NCBI GenBank assembly: GCA_937900255.1
Contig: CALCDZ010000004.1
Span: forward strand, 20,857-84,856
DNA length: 64,000 nucleotides
DNA from: an uncultured bacterium
GTDB lineage: Bacteria > Patescibacteriota > Patescibacteriia > SG8-24 > DYFX01
Direction: 5' to 3'
Shown: in pieces, positions 11,303-22,299 of the stretch
How the letters are laid out: the number at the start of each line of letters is the position of its first letter
Numbering within the stretch: the stretch's first letter is position 1
Position numbers and translations under genes: made by a program
The notes under the pieces: generated by a model
Database searches by the model: none
The model's input: the letters and a program-made list of their open reading frames with translations, nothing else
What the model was told of the DNA's origin: nothing

Positions 11303-11749
11303 ATGAAACGCCTGCTCTCCCTGATCGAGAAGACCGGCGACCGCCTGGTCATCACCGATCCGGCAGGGGAGCATCCCTACGTCATGATGGGGCTGGAACA
11401 CTACGAGAAGCTGGTGGTCGGCGAATGGAAGCCGGAAGCCATCAAGCACGACCCGGCTCCGCCGCAGGCCTTACCCCTCTCCACGGGCTTCCCGGACAAT
11501 AAGCCTCCCAAGCGGGAAATCCCGCTCTGGAAGTCCTCCTCGCCGACTCCGGCAGCGCCGTCGAGCCAACCGACCCTGCCGGTGGCGCCGCCGCCCTTAG
11601 AGAGGCCGAAGGCCCCGACCAGGCCCCCAGTCCAACCGATCGTCCCGCCCCCAGCCCCGCCGACCACACCTTCCGTCCCGGTCCCGCAAGAGGCCGCCCA
11701 GGAAGGCGCAGAGGGTGAAGAGCCGTTCTACCTTGAACCGCTCGAATAG
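11303..11749 (+). CDS. hypothetical Pro-rich protein
   Basis: Start chosen at ATG 11303, preceded by a GAAGGAAGAGA RBS. C-terminal half is low-complexity Pro/Ala/Thr-rich (PPAPPTTPSVPVPQE). Confidence 0.45.
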   Translation: MKRLLSLIEKTGDRLVITDPAGEHPYVMMGLEHYEKLVVGEWKPEAIKHDPAPPQALPLSTGFPDNKPPKREIPLWKSSSPTPAAPSSQPTLPVAPPPLERPKAPTRPPVQPIVPPPAPPTTPSVPVPQEAAQEGAEGEEPFYLEPLE

Positions 11750-11773
11750 CGGAATAAAGCCAAAAAGCCCCAC

Positions 11774-11802
11774 TTGACCGCTTTTCGGCCCTCTGCTACA
11801 CT
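11774..11802 (+). promoter_or_regulatory. candidate promoter of tuf
   Basis: TTGACC-N17-TACACT, 40 bp upstream of the tuf ATG. Confidence 0.45.
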
Positions 11803-11841
11803 CGTCTCCGACACACGTCAACTTTTTTATTTACTATCCGT

Positions 11842-13035
<1,194 letters not shown>

Positions 13036-13046
13036 CAATGCAGTAC

Positions 13047-13074
13047 CCCGGCCCTCTTTCATGAGGGCCGGGGT
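13047..13074 (+). promoter_or_regulatory. perfect 11-bp stem-loop after tuf (no T-run)
   Basis: CCCCGGCCCTC-tttcat-GAGGGCCGGGG; possible partial terminator or mRNA stability element between tuf and rpsJ. Confidence 0.35.
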
Positions 13075-13094
13075 CGCCTGCTGAAAAGATCTTT

Positions 13095-13424
13095 ATGGAA
13101 AAGAAAGCCAAAACCGAGGAAGTCTCCAGCCGGGTCCGGATCAAGATCCGCGCCTATGACCATAAGGTCATCGACCAGTCCACGCGCACCATCATCGAGA
13201 TGGCCCAACGCACGGGCGCGAGCATCAAGGGTCCCGTCCCGCTGCCGACCGAGAAGCACAAGTACACCGTCAACCGCTCGACGTTCGTCCATAAGAACGC
13301 CCGCGAGCAGTACGAGATGCGCGTGCACAAGCGGTTGATCGACATCACCCCGACCCCGAAGACGATCGAGTCGCTGATGAACCTCAACCTCCCGGCCGGC
13401 GTCGACGTCGAAATCAAGATGTAG
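13095..13424 (+). CDS. rpsJ: 30S ribosomal protein S10
   Basis: [16 protein letters not shown]...KGPVPLPT... S10 signature; about 10 extra N-terminal residues. Confidence 0.9.
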   Translation: MEKKAKTEEVSSRVRIKIRAYDHKVIDQSTRTIIEMAQRTGASIKGPVPLPTEKHKYTVNRSTFVHKNAREQYEMRVHKRLIDITPTPKTIESLMNLNLPAGVDVEIKM

Positions 13425-13750
13425 GAACGGTCCGCGTCCGTACAATCAGTCCCGTGAAGGGAAGGCAGAGAAAGATGGCATGATTTCCGGGTGGCCCTGG
13501 CGCCAAAACCTCTGCAGATGACCTTCGTGGGATCGTGAGCACACCGATACAACTCGACTTGTCTCGAACACGCCAAGCCACGCGTACGACAGATGCAAGA
13601 AGTTTCTTCGCTGATATCCCCGGACATGTCCGGACGGATCGGCGCCGGAACTTCTTGTTTCTGTTACTGCGCGGGTCGGGGGAGGATCCCAAGCGAAACG
13701 GAGACAGGCATCGAACATAATAAAGTGTTCCTCTGCCTTACAAAGCACGT

Positions 13751-14464
13751 ATGAAATTCATCATCGGACGAAAACTCGAAATGTCCCAGCGCTACCGCCC
13801 TTCCGGCGAAGTCGTGCCGGTCACTCTCGTGAAGGTCGAGCCTTGCGTCATCACGCAGCTCCGCACGGACGAGAAGGACGGCTACACCGCCGTCCAGGTC
13901 GGAACCGGTTCCAAGAAGCACCTCGCCAAGCCGCAGGTGGGGCACCTCAAGCCCGTGGCTGAAGCCGGCAACCTGGCCACCCTCCGCGAGTTCCGCCTCG
14001 ACTCCGTCGACGGCATCGCCTTGGGCGCGGTGTGCGACGTCGAATCCTTCGTCTCCGGAGACGTCATCGACGTCACCGGCATCTCGAAGGGCAAGGGTTT
14101 CCAGGGCGTCGTCAAGCGCCATCACTTCCGCGGCGGTCCCGCGACCCACGGTCACAAGGACAACCTCCGCATGCCGGGTTCGATCGGCGCCGGCGGCCAC
14201 CAGCACGTGCATCCGGGCCAGCGCATGGCCGGCCGCATGGGCGGCGACCAGGTCACGGTCAAGCATCTCGAGATCGTCGAAGTCATGGCCGACCAGGGAC
14301 TCATCGCCATCAAAGGCGCGGTCCCGGGAGCCCGCGGCGCCACCCTCCTCGTGGTCGCCCCGAAGGGAGACATGAAGTTCATCGCTGCGAAGGCTCCGGC
14401 CGAAGAGGCCCCGGTCGCGCAGGAAGCGGCTCCCGCTACGGAAGCCGCAGCCGTCACCGAATAA
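13751..14464 (+). CDS. rplC: 50S ribosomal protein L3
   Basis: 237 aa L3 signature (...GKGFQGVVKRHHF...). Confidence 0.95.
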   Translation: MKFIIGRKLEMSQRYRPSGEVVPVTLVKVEPCVITQLRTDEKDGYTAVQVGTGSKKHLAKPQVGHLKPVAEAGNLATLREFRLDSVDGIALGAVCDVESFVSGDVIDVTGISKGKGFQGVVKRHHFRGGPATHGHKDNLRMPGSIGAGGHQHVHPGQRMAGRMGGDQVTVKHLEIVEVMADQGLIAIKGAVPGARGATLLVVAPKGDMKFIAAKAPAEEAPVAQEAAPATEAAAVTE

Positions 14465-14468
14465 ACGT

Positions 14469-15128
14469 ATGCCGAAGATCAACGTCTACAACATGGAGGG
14501 CAAGGTCGTCTCCGAGCGCGAGATGGCCGCCACGCCGTTCGCCGTGAAGGTCAACGAAGGCCTGGTCCACCTCGCTGCCGAAGCGCAGGACGCCAATTCC
14601 CGCGTCGCCGCCGGCCACTCCAAGACCCGCGGTGAAGTCCGCGGCGGAGGCAAGAAGCCCTGGAAGCAAAAGGGGACCGGCCGCGCCCGTCACGGTTCCT
14701 CCCGCTCCCCGATCTGGGTCGGCGGAGGCATCACCTTCGGTCCGCAGTCCGACCGCAACTACTCCAAGAAGATCAACCGCAAGTCGAAGAAGGTCGCGCT
14801 CGCCATGGCGCTCTCCGACAAGGTCCAGAACGGTTTCCTCCTCGGTCTCGACGCCTTCGAGCTGAAGGATGGCAAGACCAAACTCATGGCCGGAATGTTG
14901 AAGAAGCTGCCGGTCGGACGCAAGACCTTGCTGGTCCTTCCGAAGGCCGACAAGCTGGCGATCCGCGCCTCGCGCAACCTCCAGGGCATCTGGACGGCCA
15001 CCGCCGGCGACCTGAACCTGATCGACGTCCTCAAGGCCGACACCGTGCTCGCGCCGGTCGCGACGCTCGACCTGATCGAAAAGGCCTATTCCACTTCCGC
15101 CAAGGCCAAGGCGGGCAAGCGCAACTGA
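14469..15128 (+). CDS. rplD: 50S ribosomal protein L4
   Basis: 219 aa, L4 family (KPWKQKGTGRARHGS). Confidence 0.9.
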   Translation: MPKINVYNMEGKVVSEREMAATPFAVKVNEGLVHLAAEAQDANSRVAAGHSKTRGEVRGGGKKPWKQKGTGRARHGSSRSPIWVGGGITFGPQSDRNYSKKINRKSKKVALAMALSDKVQNGFLLGLDAFELKDGKTKLMAGMLKKLPVGRKTLLVLPKADKLAIRASRNLQGIWTATAGDLNLIDVLKADTVLAPVATLDLIEKAYSTSAKAKAGKRN

Positions 15129-15129
15129 T

Positions 15130-15552
15130 ATGGGAATCTTCAACCGCAAGAAAGACGACGCCAAGGACGCCAAGAAGTCGACCGCGCCCAAGGCCAGCAA
15201 GCCGAAGGCCGAGGCCGCCGAGGCTCCGAAGAAGGAAGCGGCGATGGCCGCGTCTCCCCGCGAGACGGGCGCCGCATACCGCGTCCTCGTCCGCCCGATC
15301 GTCACCGAGAAGACCACCCGCCTCGGCCGCGTCAACCAGTACGCCTTCGAGGTCGCCATGACCGCCAACAAGCTGGAGATCCGCAAGGCCGTGAAAGCCG
15401 TCTACGGCGTCACGCCGACGGACGTCCGTGTCATGCGCATCTTCGGAAAGCCGGTCCGCTCGCGTTCGGGCATGTCCCGCAGGAGCACCTGGCGCAAGGC
15501 GATCGTCACCCTCAAGCAGGGCGATCGCATCGATCAGTTCGCCAACGCCTAA
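15130..15552 (+). CDS. rplW: 50S ribosomal protein L23 with ~45-aa Lys/Ala-rich N-terminal extension
   Basis: L23 core [13 protein letters not shown]...; N-terminal [29 protein letters not shown]. Confidence 0.9.
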   Translation: MGIFNRKKDDAKDAKKSTAPKASKPKAEAAEAPKKEAAMAASPRETGAAYRVLVRPIVTEKTTRLGRVNQYAFEVAMTANKLEIRKAVKAVYGVTPTDVRVMRIFGKPVRSRSGMSRRSTWRKAIVTLKQGDRIDQFANA

Positions 15553-15562
15553 TCGCCGACGT

Positions 15563-16393
15563 ATGCCGATCAAATCCTACCGACCCACCACCTTCGGACG
15601 TCGCGGCGCTTCCGTCGACACGTTCGAAGACGTCACCAAAAAGGAGCCCGAGAAGTCGTTGCTGATCCACAAGACCCGCATCAGCGGACGCAACTCCCAG
15701 GGCAAGATTACCGTCCGTCACCGTGGCGGCGGCGCCAAGCGGATGATCCGCGTGGTCGATTTCATGCGCGATAAGTACGACGTCCCCGCCCGCGTGGCCG
15801 CGATCGAATACGACCCGGGCCGTGGCGGCCGCCTCGCCCTGCTCAACTACCGCGATGGCGAGAAGCGCTACATCCTGGCCCCCGCCGACCTCAAGGTGGG
15901 GGAGACGGTCCTGTCTTCCAAGGACAAGATCGAGAACAAGATCGGCAACCGCATGCCGCTCAAGCACGTCCCGATCGGCCTCATGGTCCACGACCTCGAA
16001 CTCTATGCCGGGAGCGGCGGCAAGATGGTCCGCGGCGCCGGCAACGGCGCGCAGCTCATGGCCATCGAAGGCGAGATGGCGCAGATCAAGCTGCCCTCCG
16101 GCGAGTATCGCCTGGTTTCGAAGGAGTGCGCGGCTACGATCGGCGTGGTCTCCAATCCCGACCACTGGCTCGTCCGCCTCGGCAAGGCCGGCCGCATGCG
16201 CCACAAGGGCTTCCGCCCGCGCGTCCGCGGCAAGGTCATGAACCCGGTGGATCACCCGCACGGAGGAGGCGAAGGCAAGAACCCGATCGGTCACAAGCAT
16301 CCGAAGACTCCGTGGGGCAAGCCCGCGCTCGGCGTGAAGACCCGCAAGCCCAAGAAGCAGTCGTCCAAATTCATCGTGAAGCGCCGCAAGTAA
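15563..16393 (+). CDS. rplB: 50S ribosomal protein L2
   Basis: [10 protein letters not shown]...[14 protein letters not shown] signature. Start placed at the Met of MPIKSY inside a longer track ORF. Confidence 0.95.
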   Translation: MPIKSYRPTTFGRRGASVDTFEDVTKKEPEKSLLIHKTRISGRNSQGKITVRHRGGGAKRMIRVVDFMRDKYDVPARVAAIEYDPGRGGRLALLNYRDGEKRYILAPADLKVGETVLSSKDKIENKIGNRMPLKHVPIGLMVHDLELYAGSGGKMVRGAGNGAQLMAIEGEMAQIKLPSGEYRLVSKECAATIGVVSNPDHWLVRLGKAGRMRHKGFRPRVRGKVMNPVDHPHGGGEGKNPIGHKHPKTPWGKPALGVKTRKPKKQSSKFIVKRRK

Positions 16394-16394
16394 T

Positions 16395-16724
16395 ATGTCT
16401 CGATCACTGAAAAAGGGACCGTTCACGGACCCCAGGCTCCTCGAAAAGCTGTCCAAGGCGAAGCCGGGCGACAAGACCGTCATCAAGACCTGGTCGCGCC
16501 CGTCCGTCATCACGCCCGAGATGATCGGCTTCACGATCGGCGTCCATAACGGCAAGCAGCACGTGCCCGTCATCGTCGTCGAGAACATGGTCGGCCATCG
16601 TCTGGGCGAATTCGCCCCGACCCGCAAGTTCCAGCGCCACGGCGGCAAGCTCACCAAGGAGATCGAGGCCGCCAAGGCCGCCGGTCCCGGCGCCGCTCCG
16701 GCGTCCGCTCCCGCCAAGAAATAA
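16395..16724 (+). CDS. rpsS: 30S ribosomal protein S19
   Basis: [10 protein letters not shown]...GHKLGEF signature. Confidence 0.95.
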   Translation: MSRSLKKGPFTDPRLLEKLSKAKPGDKTVIKTWSRPSVITPEMIGFTIGVHNGKQHVPVIVVENMVGHRLGEFAPTRKFQRHGGKLTKEIEAAKAAGPGAAPASAPAKK

Positions 16725-16730
16725 ACTCCT

Positions 16731-17219
16731 ATGGAAGTCAAAGCCCACACCCGCCATCTCCGCATGTCGTCCCGCAAGGTGCGCCTCGTGGTCGATGCCG
16801 TCCGCGGGATGGCCGTCGAGCCGGCATTGGCGCAGCTGACCTTCATGCCGCGCGCAGCCGCCCGTCCGGTCAAGAAGCTCCTGGAGTCGGCCATCGCCAA
16901 CGCCGAGCACAATTTCCGCCTCGACCGCTCCGGCCTGTTCATCAAGTCGGCGCTGGTCAACCAGGGCCCGACGCTCAAGCGCTGGCGCCCGCGCGCCATG
17001 GGTTCGGCCGCGCCGATCCTGAAGCGCACCTGCCACATCACGCTCGTCCTCGACACCAAGACCGGCGCCAAGCTGGCCGAGGCGCCGAAGGCGTCCAAAG
17101 CCGAAGCGCATGACCATGAAGGCCACGATCACGCCGGCCACGACCATGCGCACGAGGAGAAGCCGAAGAAGGCCGTGAAGAAGGCCGCCGCTAAGAAAAC
17201 CGCCGCGAAGAAGAAGTGA
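16731..17219 (+). CDS. rplV: 50S ribosomal protein L22 with C-terminal His-rich and Lys/Ala-rich tail
   Basis: L22 core (SSRKVRLVVDAVRGM...); tail EAHDHEGHDHAGHDHAHEEKPKKAVKKAAAKK. Confidence 0.9.
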   Translation: MEVKAHTRHLRMSSRKVRLVVDAVRGMAVEPALAQLTFMPRAAARPVKKLLESAIANAEHNFRLDRSGLFIKSALVNQGPTLKRWRPRAMGSAAPILKRTCHITLVLDTKTGAKLAEAPKASKAEAHDHEGHDHAGHDHAHEEKPKKAVKKAAAKKTAAKKK

Positions 17220-17220
17220 T

Positions 17221-17994
17221 ATGGGACACAAAGTCAATCCGAAAATCTTCCGCGTCGGCACCATCTACGGCTGGGATTCGAAGTGGTTCGACCGCAAGGA
17301 TTACCAAGGCCTCCTTCGCCAGGACGTCGAGATCCGCGACTTCCTTCGCGCCGCGCTCCGCGAGGCCGCCATCGACAAGATCGAGATCGACCGCGCCAAC
17401 AACCAGGTGACCATCACCCTGCATTCCGGCAAGCCCGGTTTCGTCATCGGACGCGCCGGCGCCGGCATCGAGGAGCTGAAGAAGCGCCTCCAGGCGAAGT
17501 TCTTCGCGGGCAAGAAGGTCAAGATGCAGCTCAACATCGTCGAGGTCTCGCACCCGACGCTGTCGGCGGCCATCACGGCGCAGAACATGATCGCCGATCT
17601 CGAGAAGCGCATGCCCTTCCGCCGCATCCTGAAGACGACGATCGACCGCGCCCAGAAGGCCGGCGCCCTCGGCATCAAGGTGCAGGTTTCCGGACGCCTG
17701 AACGGCGCCGAAATCTCGCGCCGCGAGATGCTCTCGTGGGGTTCCGTCCCGCTGCAGAACCTGCGCGCCGACATCGACTACGCCGCTGACTTCGCCCGCA
17801 CCATCTTCGGCGCCATCGGCGTCAAGGTCTGGATCTACCGCGGCGAGATCTTCGACGCTTCCGGCATCGCCCCGGCCCTCAAGGGCCCGGCCGAGCGGCC
17901 GTTCCGCCCCGGCGGAGACCGCCGCGGCCCGCGTCCGGCTTCCGGAAGCCGCCCGGCTCCCCGCGCCGCCGCCCCTAAGAAGGCGACCGCCTAA
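17221..17994 (+). CDS. rpsC: 30S ribosomal protein S3
   Basis: MGHKVNPKIFRVG... KH domain plus S3-C; Gly/Arg/Pro-rich C-terminal tail. Confidence 0.95.
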   Translation: MGHKVNPKIFRVGTIYGWDSKWFDRKDYQGLLRQDVEIRDFLRAALREAAIDKIEIDRANNQVTITLHSGKPGFVIGRAGAGIEELKKRLQAKFFAGKKVKMQLNIVEVSHPTLSAAITAQNMIADLEKRMPFRRILKTTIDRAQKAGALGIKVQVSGRLNGAEISRREMLSWGSVPLQNLRADIDYAADFARTIFGAIGVKVWIYRGEIFDASGIAPALKGPAERPFRPGGDRRGPRPASGSRPAPRAAAPKKATA

Positions 17995-18003
17995 GCCACC
18001 GCT

Positions 18004-18420
18004 ATGTTGATTCCCAAAAAAGTCAAGCACCGCAAGTGGCATAAGCTGAAGAGCTCCGGTCTCCAGAAGGCGACCACCAAGCTTTCGCTCAGCTTCGGCG
18101 AGTTCGGCCTCAAGGCCGTCACTCCGGCGTGGGTCACTTCCCGCCAGATCGAAGCGGCGCGGCGCGCCATGGCCCGCTACACCAAGCGCGGCGGCAAGAT
18201 CTGGGTCCGCATCTTCCCCGACAAGCCTGTCACCATGAAGGGCCTCGAGGTCCCCATGGGAGGAGGAAAGGGCAACGTCGATCACTACGTCGCCATCGTC
18301 CGCCCGGGTACCATCGTGTTCGAGATGGACGGCGTCCCGCTCGAGTCCGCTCGCGAGGCGATGCGTCTCGCGGCCTACAAGATGCCGTTCCGCTCGCGCT
18401 TCCTCACCAAGCACGACTGA
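18004..18420 (+). CDS. rplP: 50S ribosomal protein L16
   Basis: 138 aa, L16/L10e family ([13 protein letters not shown]...). Confidence 0.9.
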   Translation: MLIPKKVKHRKWHKLKSSGLQKATTKLSLSFGEFGLKAVTPAWVTSRQIEAARRAMARYTKRGGKIWVRIFPDKPVTMKGLEVPMGGGKGNVDHYVAIVRPGTIVFEMDGVPLESAREAMRLAAYKMPFRSRFLTKHD

Positions 18421-18430
18421 TCCACCCCCT

Positions 18431-18622
18431 ATGAAGATCAAGGAACTCAAGGACAAGCCTCTCGGGGAGCTGGAAAAGATGCTTCGCGAGAGCCGCGAAC
18501 GCCTGCGCGCCCTCCGGTTCGCCGTCGCGACCTCGCAGGAGAGCAAGGTCCGCTCGATCCTGGAGACCCGCAAGACGATCGCCCGGATCCTGACGCTGCT
18601 CACCCAGAACGCCAACCGCTAA
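18431..18622 (+). CDS. rpmC: 50S ribosomal protein L29
   Basis: 63 aa; MKIKELKDKPLGELEKMLRESRERL... Confidence 0.85.
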   Translation: MKIKELKDKPLGELEKMLRESRERLRALRFAVATSQESKVRSILETRKTIARILTLLTQNANR

Positions 18623-18626
18623 CCGT

Positions 18627-18878
18627 ATGACGACTGACAACAACGCGAAAAAGCGCACGCTGGTCGGCACCGTCGTATCCGACAAGATGCAGAAGACGAT
18701 CGTCGTGAAAGTCGACAGCGTCAAGACGCACGCCAAATACGGCAAGCAGTACGTCAAATCCAAGCGCTTCAAGGTCCATGACGAGAAGGACGAGTACAAG
18801 ACGGGTGACAAGGTCACTTTCGTCGAGTGCCGCCCGTACTCGAAGGACAAGTGCTGGCGCGTCATCGGCAAGGCCTGA
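18627..18878 (+). CDS. rpsQ: 30S ribosomal protein S17
   Basis: KRTLVGTVVSDKMQKTIVV... Confidence 0.9.
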   Translation: MTTDNNAKKRTLVGTVVSDKMQKTIVVKVDSVKTHAKYGKQYVKSKRFKVHDEKDEYKTGDKVTFVECRPYSKDKCWRVIGKA

Positions 18879-18896
18879 CGCCAAAACGCCAAACAT

Positions 18897-19268
18897 ATGG
18901 TTCAACATCGAGCGATGCTGAAGGTCGCCGACAACACCGGCGCCCGTAAGCTCCAGGTCATCCGTGTCCTGGGCGGCTACAAGAAGCACTACGCCGTCCT
19001 CGGCGACATCGTCACCTGCGCCATCAAGGAAGCCGTGCCGCACGGCATGGTCAAGAAGGGCGACGTCGTCCACGCGGTCCTGACCCGCACGCACAAGGAG
19101 ACCCGCCGCAAGGACGGCTCCTACATCCGTTTCGACGACAACGCCGCTGTCATCATCGACAAGGCCAGCAAGGAACCGAAGGGCACGCGCATCTTCGGCC
19201 CCGTCGCCCGCGAACTCCGCGCCAAGGGTTTCACGAAGATCGTCTCCCTGGCTCCGGAGGTCGTCTAA
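18897..19268 (+). CDS. rplN: 50S ribosomal protein L14
   Basis: ...[20 protein letters not shown]... Confidence 0.95.
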   Translation: MVQHRAMLKVADNTGARKLQVIRVLGGYKKHYAVLGDIVTCAIKEAVPHGMVKKGDVVHAVLTRTHKETRRKDGSYIRFDDNAAVIIDKASKEPKGTRIFGPVARELRAKGFTKIVSLAPEVV

Positions 19269-19279
19269 TCTCCATCCCT

Positions 19280-19591
19280 ATGAAGATCAAGAAAGGCGAC
19301 AACGTCCAGATCATGGCCGGCAAGGACCGCGGCAAGACCGGCAAGGTCATCCAGGTCTTCCCTCAGGAAGGCAGGATCGCGGTCGACGGCGTCAACAAGA
19401 CCGTCAAGCACGCCAAGACCCGCAAGCAGGGAGAGAAGGGCCAGAAGATCGAGTTCTTCGGACCGATCGACGCTTCCAACGTCATGCTCGTCGACCCCAA
19501 GACCGGCAAACCGACCCGCGTCGGTTACAAGGTCATGGAGGACGGCCGCAAGGCGCGCGTGGCCAAGAAGAGCAAGGAAACCATCGAATAA
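19280..19591 (+). CDS. rplX: 50S ribosomal protein L24
   Basis: MKIKKGDNVQIMAGKDRGKTGKV... KOW motif. Confidence 0.9.
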   Translation: MKIKKGDNVQIMAGKDRGKTGKVIQVFPQEGRIAVDGVNKTVKHAKTRKQGEKGQKIEFFGPIDASNVMLVDPKTGKPTRVGYKVMEDGRKARVAKKSKETIE

Positions 19592-19595
19592 GCCT

Positions 19596-20132
19596 ATGTT
19601 GCGCGAAACGTACGAAAAGCAGATCGTTCCCGAAATGATGAAGCGCTTCAACTACAAGAACCGGATGTCGGTTCCGAAGCTGAAGCTGGTTTCGGTCAAC
19701 GTAGGCATGTCCACCAACCTCCTCAAGGACCCCAAGATCCCGGAGACCGTCGAGGCGACGCTGACCCGCATCACCGGCCAGAAGCCGGTCAAGACGCTGG
19801 CCAAGAAGTCGATCGCGAGCTTCAAGATCAGGGAAGGCCAGCACATCGGCATGAAGGTCACCCTGCGCGGCGCGCGCATGTGGCACTTCCTCGAGAAGCT
19901 GATCCGCGTCACCCTGCCCCGCGTCCGCGACTTCCGCGGCATCTCGCCGAAACTCGTCGACAAGCAGGGGAACCTCTCCATGGGCTTCAAGGAGTACATC
20001 GCGTTCCCGGAGATCCGCTCCGACGAGATCGAACGCCTCCACGGCGTCCAGGTGACCGTCTCCTCGTCGGCGTCCACCAAGGCCGAAGGCCTGGAACTGT
20101 TCAGACTCATGGGCTTTCCCTTCCACGGCTAA
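19596..20132 (+). CDS. rplE: 50S ribosomal protein L5
   Basis: 178 aa L5 signature. Confidence 0.95.
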   Translation: MLRETYEKQIVPEMMKRFNYKNRMSVPKLKLVSVNVGMSTNLLKDPKIPETVEATLTRITGQKPVKTLAKKSIASFKIREGQHIGMKVTLRGARMWHFLEKLIRVTLPRVRDFRGISPKLVDKQGNLSMGFKEYIAFPEIRSDEIERLHGVQVTVSSSASTKAEGLELFRLMGFPFHG

Positions 20133-20144
20133 GGCCGCACCCCT

Positions 20145-20330
20145 ATGGCAACAGCCAATCAAATCGCCAAATCGAACCGGAAGCCGAAGTTCACGACCCG
20201 CATCGTCCGCCGCTGCTGGCGCTGCGGCCGCCGCCATGGCTACATGCGCGACTTCGACCTCTGCCGCATCTGCTTCCGCGAGCTCGCCAACCGCGGCGAA
20301 ATCCCGGGCATCAAGAAAGCTAGCTGGTAA
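20145..20330 (+). CDS. rpsZ: 30S ribosomal protein S14, type Z (zinc-binding)
   Basis: 61 aa; [23 protein letters not shown], a C4 Zn ribbon. Confidence 0.9.
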   Translation: MATANQIAKSNRKPKFTTRIVRRCWRCGRRHGYMRDFDLCRICFRELANRGEIPGIKKASW

Positions 20331-20333
20331 CCT

Positions 20334-20723
20334 ATGATGACTGATCCCATCGCCGACATGCTCACCCGGCTGCGCAACGCCGCCATGGTGCGCAAGCAGG
20401 AAGTCGTCCTTCCGCTCTCGCGGATGAAGTTCGAGATCGCCAAGATCCTCGAGAAGGAAGGCTTCCTCACGAGCGTCGAAAAGACGGACGCGCATCACGG
20501 CCAGCTCAAGGTGAAGCTTCGCTTCACCGAAGACGGCCCGGCGCTCCGCGACGTCCAGCGCATCTCCAAGCCGGGCCGCCGCGTCTACGCGACCAAGTCC
20601 GAGCTCCCCAAAGTCCTCAACGATCACGGCATCGCCGTCGTCTCGACCTCCGCCGGTCTCATGACCAACAAGGAAGCGCGCAAGCGCGGCCTCGGCGGCG
20701 AGATCGTCTGCGAGATCTACTGA
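20334..20723 (+). CDS. rpsH: 30S ribosomal protein S8
   Basis: MMTDPIADMLTRLRNA... Confidence 0.95.
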   Translation: MMTDPIADMLTRLRNAAMVRKQEVVLPLSRMKFEIAKILEKEGFLTSVEKTDAHHGQLKVKLRFTEDGPALRDVQRISKPGRRVYATKSELPKVLNDHGIAVVSTSAGLMTNKEARKRGLGGEIVCEIY

Positions 20724-20733
20724 TCCCACGACT

Positions 20734-21300
20734 ATGTCTCGCATCGGAAAAAAACCCATCCAGATCCCCTCGGGCGTCGAGGTCGCGATCGATGACCAGG
20801 AAGTCCGCGTCAAGGGCCCGAAAGGGGAACTGAAGCTCCCGCTCCATCGGCACGTGCGCGTCGCGCGCACGAAGCATGACGAGCTGGGCGACGTCCTCGC
20901 GGTCACCGTCAAGGACGAGAACGACAAGAAGGACCGCGCCCTCTGGGGGCTTTTCAGCCGCCTGGTGGCCAACCTGGTGACCGGCGTCACCAAGGGGTAC
21001 GAGAAGTCGCTCGAGTTCGTCGGCGTCGGCTACAAGATCGCCATGAACGGAAAGACCGTGAAGATGGACGTCGGCTTCTCCCATGAAGTGGATTTCCCGC
21101 TCCCGGCCGGCATCGAAGGCAAGGTGGAAAAGAACACCCTGACGCTCTCCGGCATCGACAAGCAGCTGGTCGGCGAAGTCGCCGCCCGGATCCGCCGCAT
21201 CCGCAAGCCCGAACCATACAAGGGCAAGGGCATCAAGTACGTCGACGAAGTCATCCGCCGCAAGGCGGGCAAGGCCGCTAAGGCCACCGGCGCCAAGTAA
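20734..21300 (+). CDS. rplF: 50S ribosomal protein L6
   Basis: [17 protein letters not shown]... Confidence 0.95.
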   Translation: MSRIGKKPIQIPSGVEVAIDDQEVRVKGPKGELKLPLHRHVRVARTKHDELGDVLAVTVKDENDKKDRALWGLFSRLVANLVTGVTKGYEKSLEFVGVGYKIAMNGKTVKMDVGFSHEVDFPLPAGIEGKVEKNTLTLSGIDKQLVGEVAARIRRIRKPEPYKGKGIKYVDEVIRRKAGKAAKATGAK

Positions 21301-21308
21301 GCGAAGCT

Positions 21309-21683
21309 ATGAAATCCGCCAGCCAAAAGAAGCAGGAATCCCGGACCCGTCGGCGCGCCCGCGTGCGCGCCCGCGTGATCGGCACCGCCAAGCGCCCGCG
21401 TTTGGCCGTCTTCCGCAGCGCGAAGCATATCTACGCCCAGGTGATCGATGACGCCGCCGGCCGCACGCTGGCTGCCGTCTCGGACGCCGAAGTGAAGGGC
21501 GCGAAGGCCGCCGAAGGCATGGATGCCAAAGTCGCCGCGGCATTCGCGGCCGGAGCCGTCCTGGCCGAAAAGGCCAAGAAGGCCGGCATCACCGCTGTCG
21601 TCTTCGACCGCGGGGGCTTCTCGTATCACGGCCGCGTCAAGGCACTCTCCGACGGCGCTCGCGCCGGAGGCCTCGAATTCTAA
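21309..21683 (+). CDS. rplR: 50S ribosomal protein L18
   Basis: 124 aa; ...[18 protein letters not shown]... Confidence 0.9.
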   Translation: MKSASQKKQESRTRRRARVRARVIGTAKRPRLAVFRSAKHIYAQVIDDAAGRTLAAVSDAEVKGAKAAEGMDAKVAAAFAAGAVLAEKAKKAGITAVVFDRGGFSYHGRVKALSDGARAGGLEF

Positions 21684-21692
21684 GCCGCAATT

Positions 21693-22289
21693 ATGGAGAA
21701 CACCCAAGCACAGCCCGTCGCCGCTTCGGCATCCGAGAACCACGCTCCGCAGCGCGGCGGGTTCGGAGCCCGCGGCCAGGGAGCGCGAGGAGGCGATCGT
21801 CGCGGTCCGCCGCGCGGCCGCCGTCCGGAAGAGCCCAAGGAATTCGACCAGCGCATCCTCTCGCTCGACCGCGTCACGCGCGTCACCAAAGGCGGCAAGC
21901 GCATGCGTTTCCGCGCGACCGTCATCATCGGCGATCATAAGGGGCGCGTCAGCTATGGCGTCGCCAAAGCCGCCGACGTCTCCGCGGCCGTCAACAAGGC
22001 GGTCACCCAGGCCAAGAAGCGGATGCTGACCGTCCTGCTTACCAACGAGACCATCCCGCACCAGTCCGCGGCCAAGTTCGGTTCGGCCAAGGTGCTGATC
22101 AAGCCTGCCCCGAAAGGCACCGGCGTCAAGGCCGGAGGCGCCATGCGCGTCGTCCTTGAGCTGGCCGGCGTCCCCAACATCGTCGGCAAGATCCTGGGCA
22201 GCAAGAACAAGATCAACATCACCAAGGCCACCATCGAAGCTCTCACGAGCCTCCGCTTGAAGCCGGTGAAGGTCGCCGTCGGCGCCTAA
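21693..22289 (+). CDS. rpsE: 30S ribosomal protein S5 with Gly/Arg-rich N-terminal extension
   Basis: S5 core (DRVTRVTKGGKRMRFRATVIIGD...); N-terminal QRGGFGARGQGARGGDRRG. Confidence 0.9.
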   Translation: MENTQAQPVAASASENHAPQRGGFGARGQGARGGDRRGPPRGRRPEEPKEFDQRILSLDRVTRVTKGGKRMRFRATVIIGDHKGRVSYGVAKAADVSAAVNKAVTQAKKRMLTVLLTNETIPHQSAAKFGSAKVLIKPAPKGTGVKAGGAMRVVLELAGVPNIVGKILGSKNKINITKATIEALTSLRLKPVKVAVGA

Positions 22290-22299
22290 GCGAATCGTT

